DNA of 45,088 bases, from the IMG/VR virus record IMGVR_UViG_3300016484_000479, positions 1-45,088 of that record; one strand, written 5' to 3'. A program made the position numbers and the translations under genes. Source of the stretch: a virus. Lineage: Duplodnaviria > Caudoviricetes. The notes beneath the pieces are model-generated. The model saw only the letters and a program-made list of their open reading frames with translations, was not told the origin of the DNA and searched no databases. Position 1 is the stretch's first letter; each line of letters begins with the position of its first letter. Of this stretch, positions 7,982 to 15,899 are shown piece after piece.

Positions 7982-8916
7982 CCGCCCCCTCCTCCTTCGA
8001 CGCCTCGGGCGTTCAATTCGCGTGGGATTCCACCTCGATCAAGCTCGCCGAGACTTGCCTTTACAAGTATCAGCTCAAGATGATCTTTGGCTGGCAGCCT
8101 GAGCGCAAGTCCGCCCACCTTATCTTCGGCGGCATCTACGCTTCGGCCCTCGAGAACTACCACAAGGCCATAGCTGACGGCGTGGACCGCGAGCAGGCCG
8201 TGCGCGACACCGTTCACGAGGCGCTGATCGAGTCATGGGAACATGAGCTGGACGAAGCGGGCGAGCCCATCGTCGGCTCCGGCCATCCGTGGGAGTCCGA
8301 CCACAACCTGAAAACCCGCGGCAACCTCATCCGTTCCATCGTCTGGTATCTCGATCACTTTCAGGACGACTCATGCGAGACCGTCATCCTCTCCGATGGC
8401 CAGGCCGCGGTTGAATATTCCTTCAAGCTCGAGGCCGACGATGGCATTATCCTGTCCGGCCACCTCGACCGCCTCGTCAACTACGCAGGCCACCTCTACA
8501 TCCAAGACCAGAAATCCACTGGCACCACGATTTCCTCGCGGTTCTTCGAGCAGTTCAACCCCGACACTCAGATGTCCCTCTACACCTTCGCGGGCAAGTC
8601 GATCTTCAACCTCCCGGTCAAGGGCGTAATGATCGACGCTGTGCAAGTGGCGGTCGGCTTCAGTCGGTTCGAGCGAGGCTTCACCTTCCGGGCTGAGGAT
8701 CAGCTTAACGAGTGGTATGACGGCGCAATGTCCACCATCGAGCGCGCCCAAGCCGCCACCCGCGCTGGTTACTTCCCGATGAACCCCAGCTCTTGCGGTA
8801 ACTACGGCGGCTGCGAGTTCCGTAACGTCTGCTCGAAGGCGCCCTCGGTTCGCCAGCAGTTCCTCAAGGCTGACTTTGTCCAGGGCAAGATTTGGAACCC
8901 GCTGGAGTCACGCTAA
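7978..8916 (+). CDS. PD-(D/E)XK RecB/Cas4-like exonuclease with probable Fe-S cluster
   Basis: GHLDRL, IQDQKST, QMSLY motifs; one N-terminal Cys plus C-terminal CGNYGGCEFRNVC. Confidence 0.88.
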   Translation: MTAPSSFDASGVQFAWDSTSIKLAETCLYKYQLKMIFGWQPERKSAHLIFGGIYASALENYHKAIADGVDREQAVRDTVHEALIESWEHELDEAGEPIVGSGHPWESDHNLKTRGNLIRSIVWYLDHFQDDSCETVILSDGQAAVEYSFKLEADDGIILSGHLDRLVNYAGHLYIQDQKSTGTTISSRFFEQFNPDTQMSLYTFAGKSIFNLPVKGVMIDAVQVAVGFSRFERGFTFRAEDQLNEWYDGAMSTIERAQAATRAGYFPMNPSSCGNYGGCEFRNVCSKAPSVRQQFLKADFVQGKIWNPLESR

Positions 8917-8927
8917 GGAGTCCCCGA

Positions 8928-9092
8928 ATGGAAGAGCAGCCCAACGCCCACCTCTGCGTCTACACGCCGGACCAAGAGCTCCACATCGACGTAATTGTTG
9001 AAGAGGGGACCGAGTTTGTCGACGCCTGCTGTCGGGCACTTCGCGCCATCCTCACCCTCAACCTTCCGACCGAGCAGTCCACCAAGCACTAG
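8928..9092 (+). CDS. Hypothetical protein
   Basis: TAAGGAG RBS. Confidence 0.6.
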   Translation: MEEQPNAHLCVYTPDQELHIDVIVEEGTEFVDACCRALRAILTLNLPTEQSTKH

Positions 9093-9101
9093 GAACTCCC
9101 C

Positions 9102-9866
9102 ATGCCAACCCTCGACCAGCACCAGTCATCGAAGTTCTGCAAACTCATCTACATCGGTGATACCTCCACCGGCAAGACCGGCTCCCTCGTGAGCCTGCTT
9201 CAGGCAGGCTATCGCCTTCGCATCCTCGACCTTGACAACGGCCTTGACTCCCTCAAGTTCTATGGCAAGAAGGCCGGAGCCGACCTGTCCCTCGTCGAAT
9301 ACGAGACCATCCGCGACGAATACAAGGGCTCGAAAGCTGGCCCAGTCCTTCGCGGTCCGCCTCGCGCCTTCACCGACGGCCTCGCCAAGCTGACCGAGTG
9401 GTCCGAGATCGAGGATGAGAAGTCCTTCACCGTGATCGACACACTGGGCACCTTTGGCCGCCAAGCCTTCGAGTGGGCGAAGGGACTGAACCCGACCGCG
9501 AAAGACCCGCGTCAGTGGTATGGCACGGCACAAAAGGCGCTCGAGGACACCCTCGCCCTCCTTACCGGCCCCGGCTACCGCCAGAACGTCATCGTCATGA
9601 GCCATGTCAACTACAAAGAGCTCGTCGAGGGCGTGAACAAGGGATACGTCTCAGCCATCGGCACTGCCCTTGGCCCCAACATCCCGAAATACTTCAACAC
9701 CATGCTCCTGGCCGAAGCAGTCGGCTCAGGCACCAACGTCAAGAGGAAGATCAAGACTACCCCAACCGGAGTGATCGACCTCAAGACCCCGAACCCGGAG
9801 ATCGAGGCAAGCTACGACCTCGCTACCGGCCTCGCACAAATCGTAGCCAAACTGAAGGAAGCATAA
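9102..9866 (+). CDS. AAA_24/Sak4-like P-loop ATPase
   Basis: GDTSTGKT Walker A, LDLDNG, TVIDT Walker B, VIVMSH; lies between nuclease and SSB-like gene. Confidence 0.8.
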   Translation: MPTLDQHQSSKFCKLIYIGDTSTGKTGSLVSLLQAGYRLRILDLDNGLDSLKFYGKKAGADLSLVEYETIRDEYKGSKAGPVLRGPPRAFTDGLAKLTEWSEIEDEKSFTVIDTLGTFGRQAFEWAKGLNPTAKDPRQWYGTAQKALEDTLALLTGPGYRQNVIVMSHVNYKELVEGVNKGYVSAIGTALGPNIPKYFNTMLLAEAVGSGTNVKRKIKTTPTGVIDLKTPNPEIEASYDLATGLAQIVAKLKEA

Positions 9867-9867
9867 C

Positions 9868-10326
9868 ATGGCCCTTAACTTTGCAGACATCGCCAGCAAG
9901 AAGGTCGAAGAGATCGAACGTCCGGCTCTTCCGCCGACGGGCACCTACCGCTGGGCGATCACCAAGCTGCCGGAGATCACCACGACCGCCGATGAGAAGT
10001 GGGACATCCTCACCATCCCGGTCCGGGCGGTCGAGGCTCTCGACAACGTGGACATGGGCGGCTACAAGGGCGAAGTGACTGGCATCGTCCAGTCGCACAA
10101 GTTCATGTTCAACAAGGAGGACGAAGCCGAGTTCGAGAAGAGCGAATGGCGGATGCGCCAGTTTTTCGAGAAGCACGTCGGCTGCGCTGAACCGGGCGCC
10201 ACGATCATGCAGATGATTAACGCCTCGGTCAATGGCCAGTTCCTCGGCGATATCGTCTGGCGCCAGGACAAGAACGACGCTGAGCTGTTCCACGCCAACA
10301 TCGGCCGCACCGCTCCGGTCGAATAA
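9868..10326 (+). CDS. Probable ssDNA-binding protein (DUF669-like)
   Basis: RPALPPTGTY N-terminus, beta-rich, position after Sak4-like ATPase. Confidence 0.6.
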   Translation: MALNFADIASKKVEEIERPALPPTGTYRWAITKLPEITTTADEKWDILTIPVRAVEALDNVDMGGYKGEVTGIVQSHKFMFNKEDEAEFEKSEWRMRQFFEKHVGCAEPGATIMQMINASVNGQFLGDIVWRQDKNDAELFHANIGRTAPVE

Positions 10327-10335
10327 CCGCGCGGG

Positions 10336-10361
10336 AGGGAGGGGTTTCGGCTCCTCCCTTT
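10336..10361 (+). terminator. Terminator-like hairpin
   Basis: AGGGAGGGGT-TTCG-GCTCCTCCCT followed by a short T run. Confidence 0.65.
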
Positions 10362-10441
10362 CGGTGTGCCCTGTGGTAATTGGTCCGGCCCCTAGCCCCG
10401 GAACAGGTCTATGCACAGGGCACTCCGAAAGGAGTTATCCC

Positions 10442-10726
10442 ATGGTTATCCACACAATTAAAGAACTTGAGGACTTTGCCGAGACGCTCCGCTGGCGTGA
10501 CGGCGAGGACTTCGCGACGATCACAGTGCGGGTTGAGGTTCTGCGGGAACTTACCGCCCGCCCGGATGATGCCCTGCGGGCGGAACTGGTGGAGGCGTTG
10601 GCTACTGCCCGCGATTACGTGAGTGATGCCGCACAAGGGGCACTGACATACGAAGGTAGTGGTGATGGCTTTATTGCCATGGCCAAGGAAGACCTTGCTC
10701 GCATTGCGAAGGCGGGTGCGGCATGA
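10442..10726 (+). CDS. Hypothetical protein
   Basis: AAGGAG RBS, ATG 10442. Confidence 0.7.
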   Translation: MVIHTIKELEDFAETLRWRDGEDFATITVRVEVLRELTARPDDALRAELVEALATARDYVSDAAQGALTYEGSGDGFIAMAKEDLARIAKAGAA

Positions 10727-11031
10727 GCGGGCATACTCCTGGGCCTTGGGCCACTGAAACCGATTGGCTGACCGACTACGAAACACTGGTGACCGTGCCC
10801 AGCAAAAGCGGTCAGCGCGGAACGGAAATCGCCAGATGCAACCATAACTGGAACGAGGCCGATTACAGTGAGCGCCGCATTTCGTGGAAAGAGGCGCAGT
10901 GCAACGCCCGCTTGATCGCCACCGCCCCAGACGGCCTCGCCCTAGCCCAAGCCATCCTTGCCGACTGCACCGATACCACGCCGAAAGCGTGGATCGAGAT
11001 GGCGACTGACATTGTGCGGAGGGTAGGGTGA
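10723..11031 (+). CDS. Phage protein of the HTPGPW...NARLIAxAPD type
   Basis: MSGHTPGPW and CNARLIATAPD motifs. Confidence 0.75.
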   Translation: MSGHTPGPWATETDWLTDYETLVTVPSKSGQRGTEIARCNHNWNEADYSERRISWKEAQCNARLIATAPDGLALAQAILADCTDTTPKAWIEMATDIVRRVG

Positions 11032-11234
11032 TGGGTGGCATGGAACTCGAAGAAACCGAGTGGGAGCGCGTGTTCCACCTCAAACGCGAAATGGAGCGCA
11101 TGATGGAGCAACACACGCTGGCTGATGTGATGGCGCGCGAGAAGTCGCCGTATCTTGTGAGCGAACCAGCCAGCGGATCAAACCGGGCAGAGCGCCGGAA
11201 GCAGGCTGCGCGCAATCGAAAGGGTAAGCCATGA
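11028..11234 (+). CDS. Hypothetical protein
   Basis: GGAGG RBS, GTGA overlap, NRAERRKQ basic tail. Confidence 0.6.
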   Translation: MMGGMELEETEWERVFHLKREMERMMEQHTLADVMAREKSPYLVSEPASGSNRAERRKQAARNRKGKP

Positions 11235-11437
11235 CCACCTACGCAATCCCTGAAACCGTCCCCGATGACTGCGACTACCTGACCGCTGGGAAGCGGTATC
11301 AGACGTGGATACAGTGTCCTGTGTCGTTCGACTTTATCGGCGACGATGGCCGCTTGCGTTATGCGCTATGGGAAGATTCCGGCCACCTCAACGGCGGCAA
11401 CTGGACGCGCATTGAAATTGAAGGAGACGACGAATGA
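11231..11437 (+). CDS. Hypothetical protein
   Basis: ATGA overlap. Confidence 0.65.
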   Translation: MTTYAIPETVPDDCDYLTAGKRYQTWIQCPVSFDFIGDDGRLRYALWEDSGHLNGGNWTRIEIEGDDE

Positions 11438-11703
11438 CCTGGACCCCGCCCCCGACGCTGGTGGAGGAACTGGCGAAGGCTATGTGCGCCGATGACCCTG
11501 ATGTTCGTATGGGTGATCCAGAGAGTGTCGTCCAGCAACGCGTCCGCGTCGAGTGGCCCAACTATGTGAGACACGCCCAAGCCATCCTCCCGATCATCGC
11601 CCGCGTGGTGGAGGAGGATCGCGCCTATGCTGCCTTGCAGCGTCGTGAGGCTCTTATCGGGCCGGAAGCCTGCGTAAGCGGATGGGAGGTGGACCATGAC
11701 TGA
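11434..11703 (+). CDS. Hypothetical protein
   Basis: AAGGAG RBS, ATGA overlap. Confidence 0.65.
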   Translation: MTWTPPPTLVEELAKAMCADDPDVRMGDPESVVQQRVRVEWPNYVRHAQAILPIIARVVEEDRAYAALQRREALIGPEACVSGWEVDHD

Positions 11704-11893
11704 CCTAACCCCGGAAGAACAGCGGATCGTCGCGTGGTTGCGGGAAGAAAACGAGCTTTGCGATTGCTTTGCTCGCTCCGAGACTGAGTGCGGTTGTGGC
11801 GCTTGGGATAGTTACAAGACTGTCCCACTCCAGCTGATTTGGGAAGCCATCGAACGCGGCGAACACAGGGTGAAGACCGATGAACCTGGATGA
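11696..11893 (+). CDS. Hypothetical protein with Cys cluster
   Basis: GGAGG RBS; CDC...ECGCG. Confidence 0.65.
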   Translation: MTDLTPEEQRIVAWLREENELCDCFARSETECGCGAWDSYKTVPLQLIWEAIERGEHRVKTDEPG

Positions 11894-12086
11894 ACTCGAA
11901 ACCCTGCTGGCGAAGGCGACGGTGGGGCCTTGGAACCACCTCCGACCTCATCGCCAGCACGGCGGATCAGTATGGAGAGAAGGAATGACCATCGTCTATT
12001 CCATTATCGCCTGCGCAATTTGTTTCAGCCTCGGTTTTGCTTTTGGCGCTGGTTGGCAGTCCTACTTTTCCCGTGACATCAACTAA
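11880..12086 (+). CDS. Hypothetical protein; possibly a truncated ATxGPW-type gene fused to a 33-aa membrane peptide starting at 11985
   Basis: LLAKATVGPW N-terminus; internal AAGGA-ATG before a hydrophobic segment. Confidence 0.5.
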   Translation: MNLDELETLLAKATVGPWNHLRPHRQHGGSVWREGMTIVYSIIACAICFSLGFAFGAGWQSYFSRDIN

Positions 12087-12095
12087 GGAGCCCTT

Positions 12096-12278
12096 ATGTT
12101 CTACCTCTACTCCACCCGCAACACCGGATGGCTTACCCGCTCATCCACCTATTCCACTGACCGCACCGAGGCCGCCCGGTTCACCGAGGACGAAGCCCTC
12201 GCCATGTGTGCCCGGCAGAAAACCCAGGGCGGCTACCAGCTTCTCCCTGTCAGCATCGAACTTCTGGAGCGCATCTAA
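12096..12278 (+). CDS. Hypothetical protein
   Basis: TAAGGAG RBS, TAATG overlap with next gene. Confidence 0.7.
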   Translation: MFYLYSTRNTGWLTRSSTYSTDRTEAARFTEDEALAMCARQKTQGGYQLLPVSIELLERI

Positions 12279-13549
12279 TGACCAGCGGCACCTTTCAATC
12301 CTTCCCCCTCTCCGCCATCTTCGTCGACCGCAGCACGCGACAGCGGAAAGAGCTTCGTAACATCGACGAGCTGGCCGAGTCCATCATGCGCTTAGGCCTC
12401 ATCCACCCGCCGGTCATTACCCGAGACGGGCTGCTTATCGCCGGCGAGCGACGAGTCACGGCCATGCGGCAGCTGGGTTGGACTGACACGCCCGTTCAGT
12501 TCATCGATGACCTTTCCGAATACGAGCTTCAGTCGATCGAGTTCGAGGAGAACGTCAAGCGCCTCGATCTCACTTGGCAGGAAGAGGTCGATGCGGTCGC
12601 TCGGTTCCACGAGTTGAAGGCCAAGCACGAGCCGGGCTGGACTCAAGAGCGCACGGCCGACGAACTCGGTCTGTCCCAGTCCCACACCCAGCGCTTGCTC
12701 GCCGTCTCGAAAGAGATGGACAACGAGAAGGTTCGATCCGCCGACAAGCTCACCGCCGCGGTCAACCTCGTCGAGCGCTCGCTTAGCCGCCGCAAGACAA
12801 CCCAGGCGGCCGACCTTTCCGCCACCATCAGCCAGGTGTTCGAGCCCGCTGCCCCCACTGCCGAGCCCACCGCCCCGACCATCCCCCTCATCAACGCCTC
12901 GTTCCACGAATGGCAGGCCAGCTACACCGGGCCGAAGTTCAACCTCATCCACTGTGACTTCCCCTACGGCATCAACGTGGCTGAAGGCCCCCGACAGAAC
13001 TCATCCCTCTCCGATTTCTATGAGGACACAGCGGACGTTTACTTCGACCTCCTTCACCGCCTATCCCTTGCCATGGACAACGTGGTGCACGAGTCAGCTA
13101 ACCTCATCTTCTGGTTCTCTATGCACCACTACAGCGCCACGCTTGACATCCTCACCCGCATGGGCTGGACGGTCAACCCGTTCCCGCTGGTCTGGCACAA
13201 GTCGGACAACAGCGGTGTGGCGCCCGATCCCGCCCGCTGGCCTCGGCGCACCTACGAGACAGCCTTCGTCGCTTCCCGCGGCGACCGCAAACTCACCATG
13301 GCTGGCCCCAAGGCGGCGAGCTTCGCTTGGGCTGGGCGCGAAGAGAAAGTCCATATCAGCCAGAAGCCGATCCCGATGCTCAAGCACTTCATGTCCATGT
13401 ATTGTGACGAGTATTCCATCGTGCTCGACCCGACTGCCGGCAGCGGTAATGCGATCAAGGCTGCCGAACAGCTTGGCGCTCTATCCTGCCTCGGCCTTGA
13501 GCTTGACCGTGAGTTCTTCGAGGTGGCCTGTGCGAATTGGGCGACTTGA
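12278..13549 (+). CDS. ParB-N/HTH fused to a beta-class N6-A/N4-C DNA methyltransferase
   Basis: LIAGERRVTA ParB motif, WTQERTADELGLSQS HTH, motif IV DFPY preceding motif I LDPTAGSG, HISQKP. Confidence 0.88.
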   Translation: MTSGTFQSFPLSAIFVDRSTRQRKELRNIDELAESIMRLGLIHPPVITRDGLLIAGERRVTAMRQLGWTDTPVQFIDDLSEYELQSIEFEENVKRLDLTWQEEVDAVARFHELKAKHEPGWTQERTADELGLSQSHTQRLLAVSKEMDNEKVRSADKLTAAVNLVERSLSRRKTTQAADLSATISQVFEPAAPTAEPTAPTIPLINASFHEWQASYTGPKFNLIHCDFPYGINVAEGPRQNSSLSDFYEDTADVYFDLLHRLSLAMDNVVHESANLIFWFSMHHYSATLDILTRMGWTVNPFPLVWHKSDNSGVAPDPARWPRRTYETAFVASRGDRKLTMAGPKAASFAWAGREEKVHISQKPIPMLKHFMSMYCDEYSIVLDPTAGSGNAIKAAEQLGALSCLGLELDREFFEVACANWAT

Positions 13550-13574
13550 CATTCGTCCCAACTTGTGCTAGGCT
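13546..13574 (+). promoter_or_regulatory. Sigma70-type promoter for the replication operon
   Basis: TTGACA-17bp-TAGGCT with extended -10 TG. Confidence 0.7.
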
Positions 13575-13595
13575 ACACTTTCATTCGGAGTCCTT

Positions 13596-14600
13596 ATGTC
13601 AAACATCATGCTGGTAGGCGAAGCTTGGGGCGAGAAGGAGGAAGAACTCCACCGCCCCTTCGCCGGAGCATCGGGCTGGATACTAAACCAGATGCTCTCC
13701 CACGCCGGTCTCGCTCGTGAGGATTGCTACGCAACCAACGTATTCAACCTGCGGCCTCGCCCATCCAACGACGTTAAGAACCTGTGCGGCTCGAAGTGGG
13801 AGGGTATCCCCGGTTTGCCCGAACTGCAGAAAGGCAAGTATGTCCTTGCTCAATACGCCAGCGAGCTCGACCGACTGTTCGACGAAATCCAGCGGGTCAA
13901 CCCCAACGTCATTGTGGCTCTCGGAGCTACTCCGGCATGGGCGCTTTTACGCTCGACTGGAATTAAGTCCATCCGGGGGGCTGTTGCACCGACACATCCC
14001 GCTGTCAGCGATCGACTTGGACGGACCTACAAAGTCCTCCCAACCTACCATCCGGCAATGGTCCTCCGAGACTACTCAGCCCGCCCGGTCGTCACCTCCG
14101 ATCTGGACAAAGCCCGACGCCAGTCCGAGTTTCCTGAAATCCGCCGCCCCGAGCGCCACATCTGGCTTTCCCCCTCCTTGGACGATCTCGCCCTCTATGA
14201 GCGACAGCACATTCTCCCGGCCGAGCGTCTCGCTTGTGACATCGAGACTGTCGGCACACAAATTACTTGCATCGGTTTCTCGCCAAGCCCTGACTCATGC
14301 TGCGTCATTCCATTCTTCAAGGGCACGAACCAGTCCTACTGGTCTTCGGTAGCCGAAGAAGTCGAGGCCTGGAACTACGTCCGCCGCTGGTTGAAGAAAC
14401 CCTGCGTCTTCCAGAATGGCCTCTACGACATGAGCGTCCTCTGGCGCCACCACCACATCCCAGCCGCAGCTTCCGAGGACACCATGCTCATGCATCATGC
14501 GTGGCAGCCCGAGATGGAAAAGGGCCTTGGCTTCCTCGCCACCCTTTACACCGACGAAGCCAGCTGGAAGTTTATGCGAAAGGGACTCAAGCATGATTAA
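13596..14600 (+). CDS. Family 4 UDG-like domain fused to the N-terminal part of a PolA 3'-5' exonuclease (polymerase subunit 1)
   Basis: MLVGEAWG, PFAGASG, TNVF, PTYHPAMV (UDG); CDIET (ExoI), QNGLYD (ExoII), DTMLMHH; no ExoIII. Confidence 0.85.
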   Translation: MSNIMLVGEAWGEKEEELHRPFAGASGWILNQMLSHAGLAREDCYATNVFNLRPRPSNDVKNLCGSKWEGIPGLPELQKGKYVLAQYASELDRLFDEIQRVNPNVIVALGATPAWALLRSTGIKSIRGAVAPTHPAVSDRLGRTYKVLPTYHPAMVLRDYSARPVVTSDLDKARRQSEFPEIRRPERHIWLSPSLDDLALYERQHILPAERLACDIETVGTQITCIGFSPSPDSCCVIPFFKGTNQSYWSSVAEEVEAWNYVRRWLKKPCVFQNGLYDMSVLWRHHHIPAAASEDTMLMHHAWQPEMEKGLGFLATLYTDEASWKFMRKGLKHD

Positions 14601-15282
14601 AACAGCTGTTTTTATGTTCGACACTACTGGGTTAGCCGCTGAGCCCTTTACATGTCGGGGGGTTACGACCTATATCATAGACACGCAAAACGTAGGTGAG
14701 CGCAGTCATAACCCGCGGGCCACTTACGTGTTAGACTGGGATATACGGGAAACCGTAGAAAAGACAGCCGCACTGAAGCCGGACCTTCTTATAGGTTTTC
14801 CGCCTTGCACAGATCTTGCTGTGAGTGGTGCGCGTCATTTCAAAGCTAAAGCTGCTCGTGATCCAGACTTTCAGAAAAAAGCGTTGGAGCTATTTCTGAC
14901 CGTGAAGACTGTGGGCAACTTGGCCGGGTGTCCTTGGGCTGCTGAAAATCCAAACAGCGTAGTATCTACATTATACCGAAAACCAGACATAACTTTTCAT
15001 CCCCACGAGTATGGGGGTTATCTCCCTGAGACTGACCAACACCCGGACTGGCCCCGTTATATTCCGGCCAGAGACGCTTACCGCAAAATGACTAACTGGT
15101 GGACCGGCAATGGGTTTAAGATGCCCCGGAAAGCGGCTGTGCCGATTGAGCCTTTAGGTAACTGGAACCCCCAAACAACCTTATTAGGGGGTAAGTCCGT
15201 AAAGACTAAAATGATTCGGTCAGCTAGCCCCCGTGGGGTTTTTGAGGCCTTGGCCCAGCTTTACTGTAGCGAAAGGAGTTAG
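14593..15282 (+). CDS. Short phage C5-cytosine DNA methyltransferase-like protein (lower GC)
   Basis: GFPPCTDLAVSG catalytic PC motif, ENP motif, C-terminal IRSASPRG. Confidence 0.8.
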   Translation: MIKTAVFMFDTTGLAAEPFTCRGVTTYIIDTQNVGERSHNPRATYVLDWDIRETVEKTAALKPDLLIGFPPCTDLAVSGARHFKAKAARDPDFQKKALELFLTVKTVGNLAGCPWAAENPNSVVSTLYRKPDITFHPHEYGGYLPETDQHPDWPRYIPARDAYRKMTNWWTGNGFKMPRKAAVPIEPLGNWNPQTTLLGGKSVKTKMIRSASPRGVFEALAQLYCSERS

Positions 15283-15283
15283 C

Positions 15284-15466
15284 ATGGCCCGCCAATACAT
15301 CAACAAAGAGACTGGGCAATTCGAGGACTCAACCGTCATCGAACAAGAGGTCGAGCAATACAAGCGCTTGATCGCCCTTGGCGTGACTGACGAAAAAGAC
15401 CTAGCCCATCGCCTCGCTACCAGCGTCCGCGCCGTGCGTAAACTACGCAAGCACATAGGAGAATAG
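15284..15466 (+). CDS. Small hypothetical protein, possible HTH
   Basis: AAGGAG RBS; EKDLAHRLATSVRAVRK. Confidence 0.6.
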   Translation: MARQYINKETGQFEDSTVIEQEVEQYKRLIALGVTDEKDLAHRLATSVRAVRKLRKHIGE

Positions 15467-15468
15467 CC

Positions 15469-15852
15469 ATGGAAAACTTCACCAAGTCCTGCACCCGCAC
15501 CGAGTCCGGCGCCGTTCCCCTCGGCCACAAGGAACTGTCCCGCCTGCTCCACGCTGCGATGGGCCTGTCTACCGAGTCTGGTGAGTTCATGGACCAGCTC
15601 AAGAAGCATCTTTACTATGGTAAGGAGCTCGACGAGCACAACCTGCGCGAGGAGCTCGGCGACCTGCTGTGGTATATCGGCATCGCCTGCGACGCCCTGA
15701 ACACCACGGTCGAGCTCGAAATGGCCCGTGTGATCAACAAGCTCATGGTCCGCTACCCCGACCGGTTCAGCAATTACCTCGCCCAGAACCGCGACCTCGA
15801 TGCCGAGCGCACCGTGATCGAGCAGGCCAACGGCAACCAGATCATCGCTTAA
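15469..15852 (+). CDS. MazG-like all-alpha NTP pyrophosphohydrolase
   Basis: GLSTESGEFMDQLKK...EELGDLLWY acidic motif, KLMVRYP. Confidence 0.88.
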   Translation: MENFTKSCTRTESGAVPLGHKELSRLLHAAMGLSTESGEFMDQLKKHLYYGKELDEHNLREELGDLLWYIGIACDALNTTVELEMARVINKLMVRYPDRFSNYLAQNRDLDAERTVIEQANGNQIIA

Positions 15853-15899
15853 CCTTCCCGTTCCGAGGCGGCCGATGTGACAACGGGCTGGAGAACCAC

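Noticed and set aside
7978-8916. Cas4-like gene as part of a CRISPR system
   Set aside because: No array or other cas genes; context is a phage recombination module
10363-10426. tRNA-like look (TGGTAATTGGT, paired ends)
   Set aside because: No T-arm GTTC motif or proper anticodon arm; kept only as a hairpin
15669-15899. N-terminal extension of the polymerase given in the ORF track (likewise upstream extensions at 12206, 14497, 17348 and 40755)
   Set aside because: They overlap upstream genes; RBS or coupled starts support 15900, 12278, 14593, 17405 and 40650
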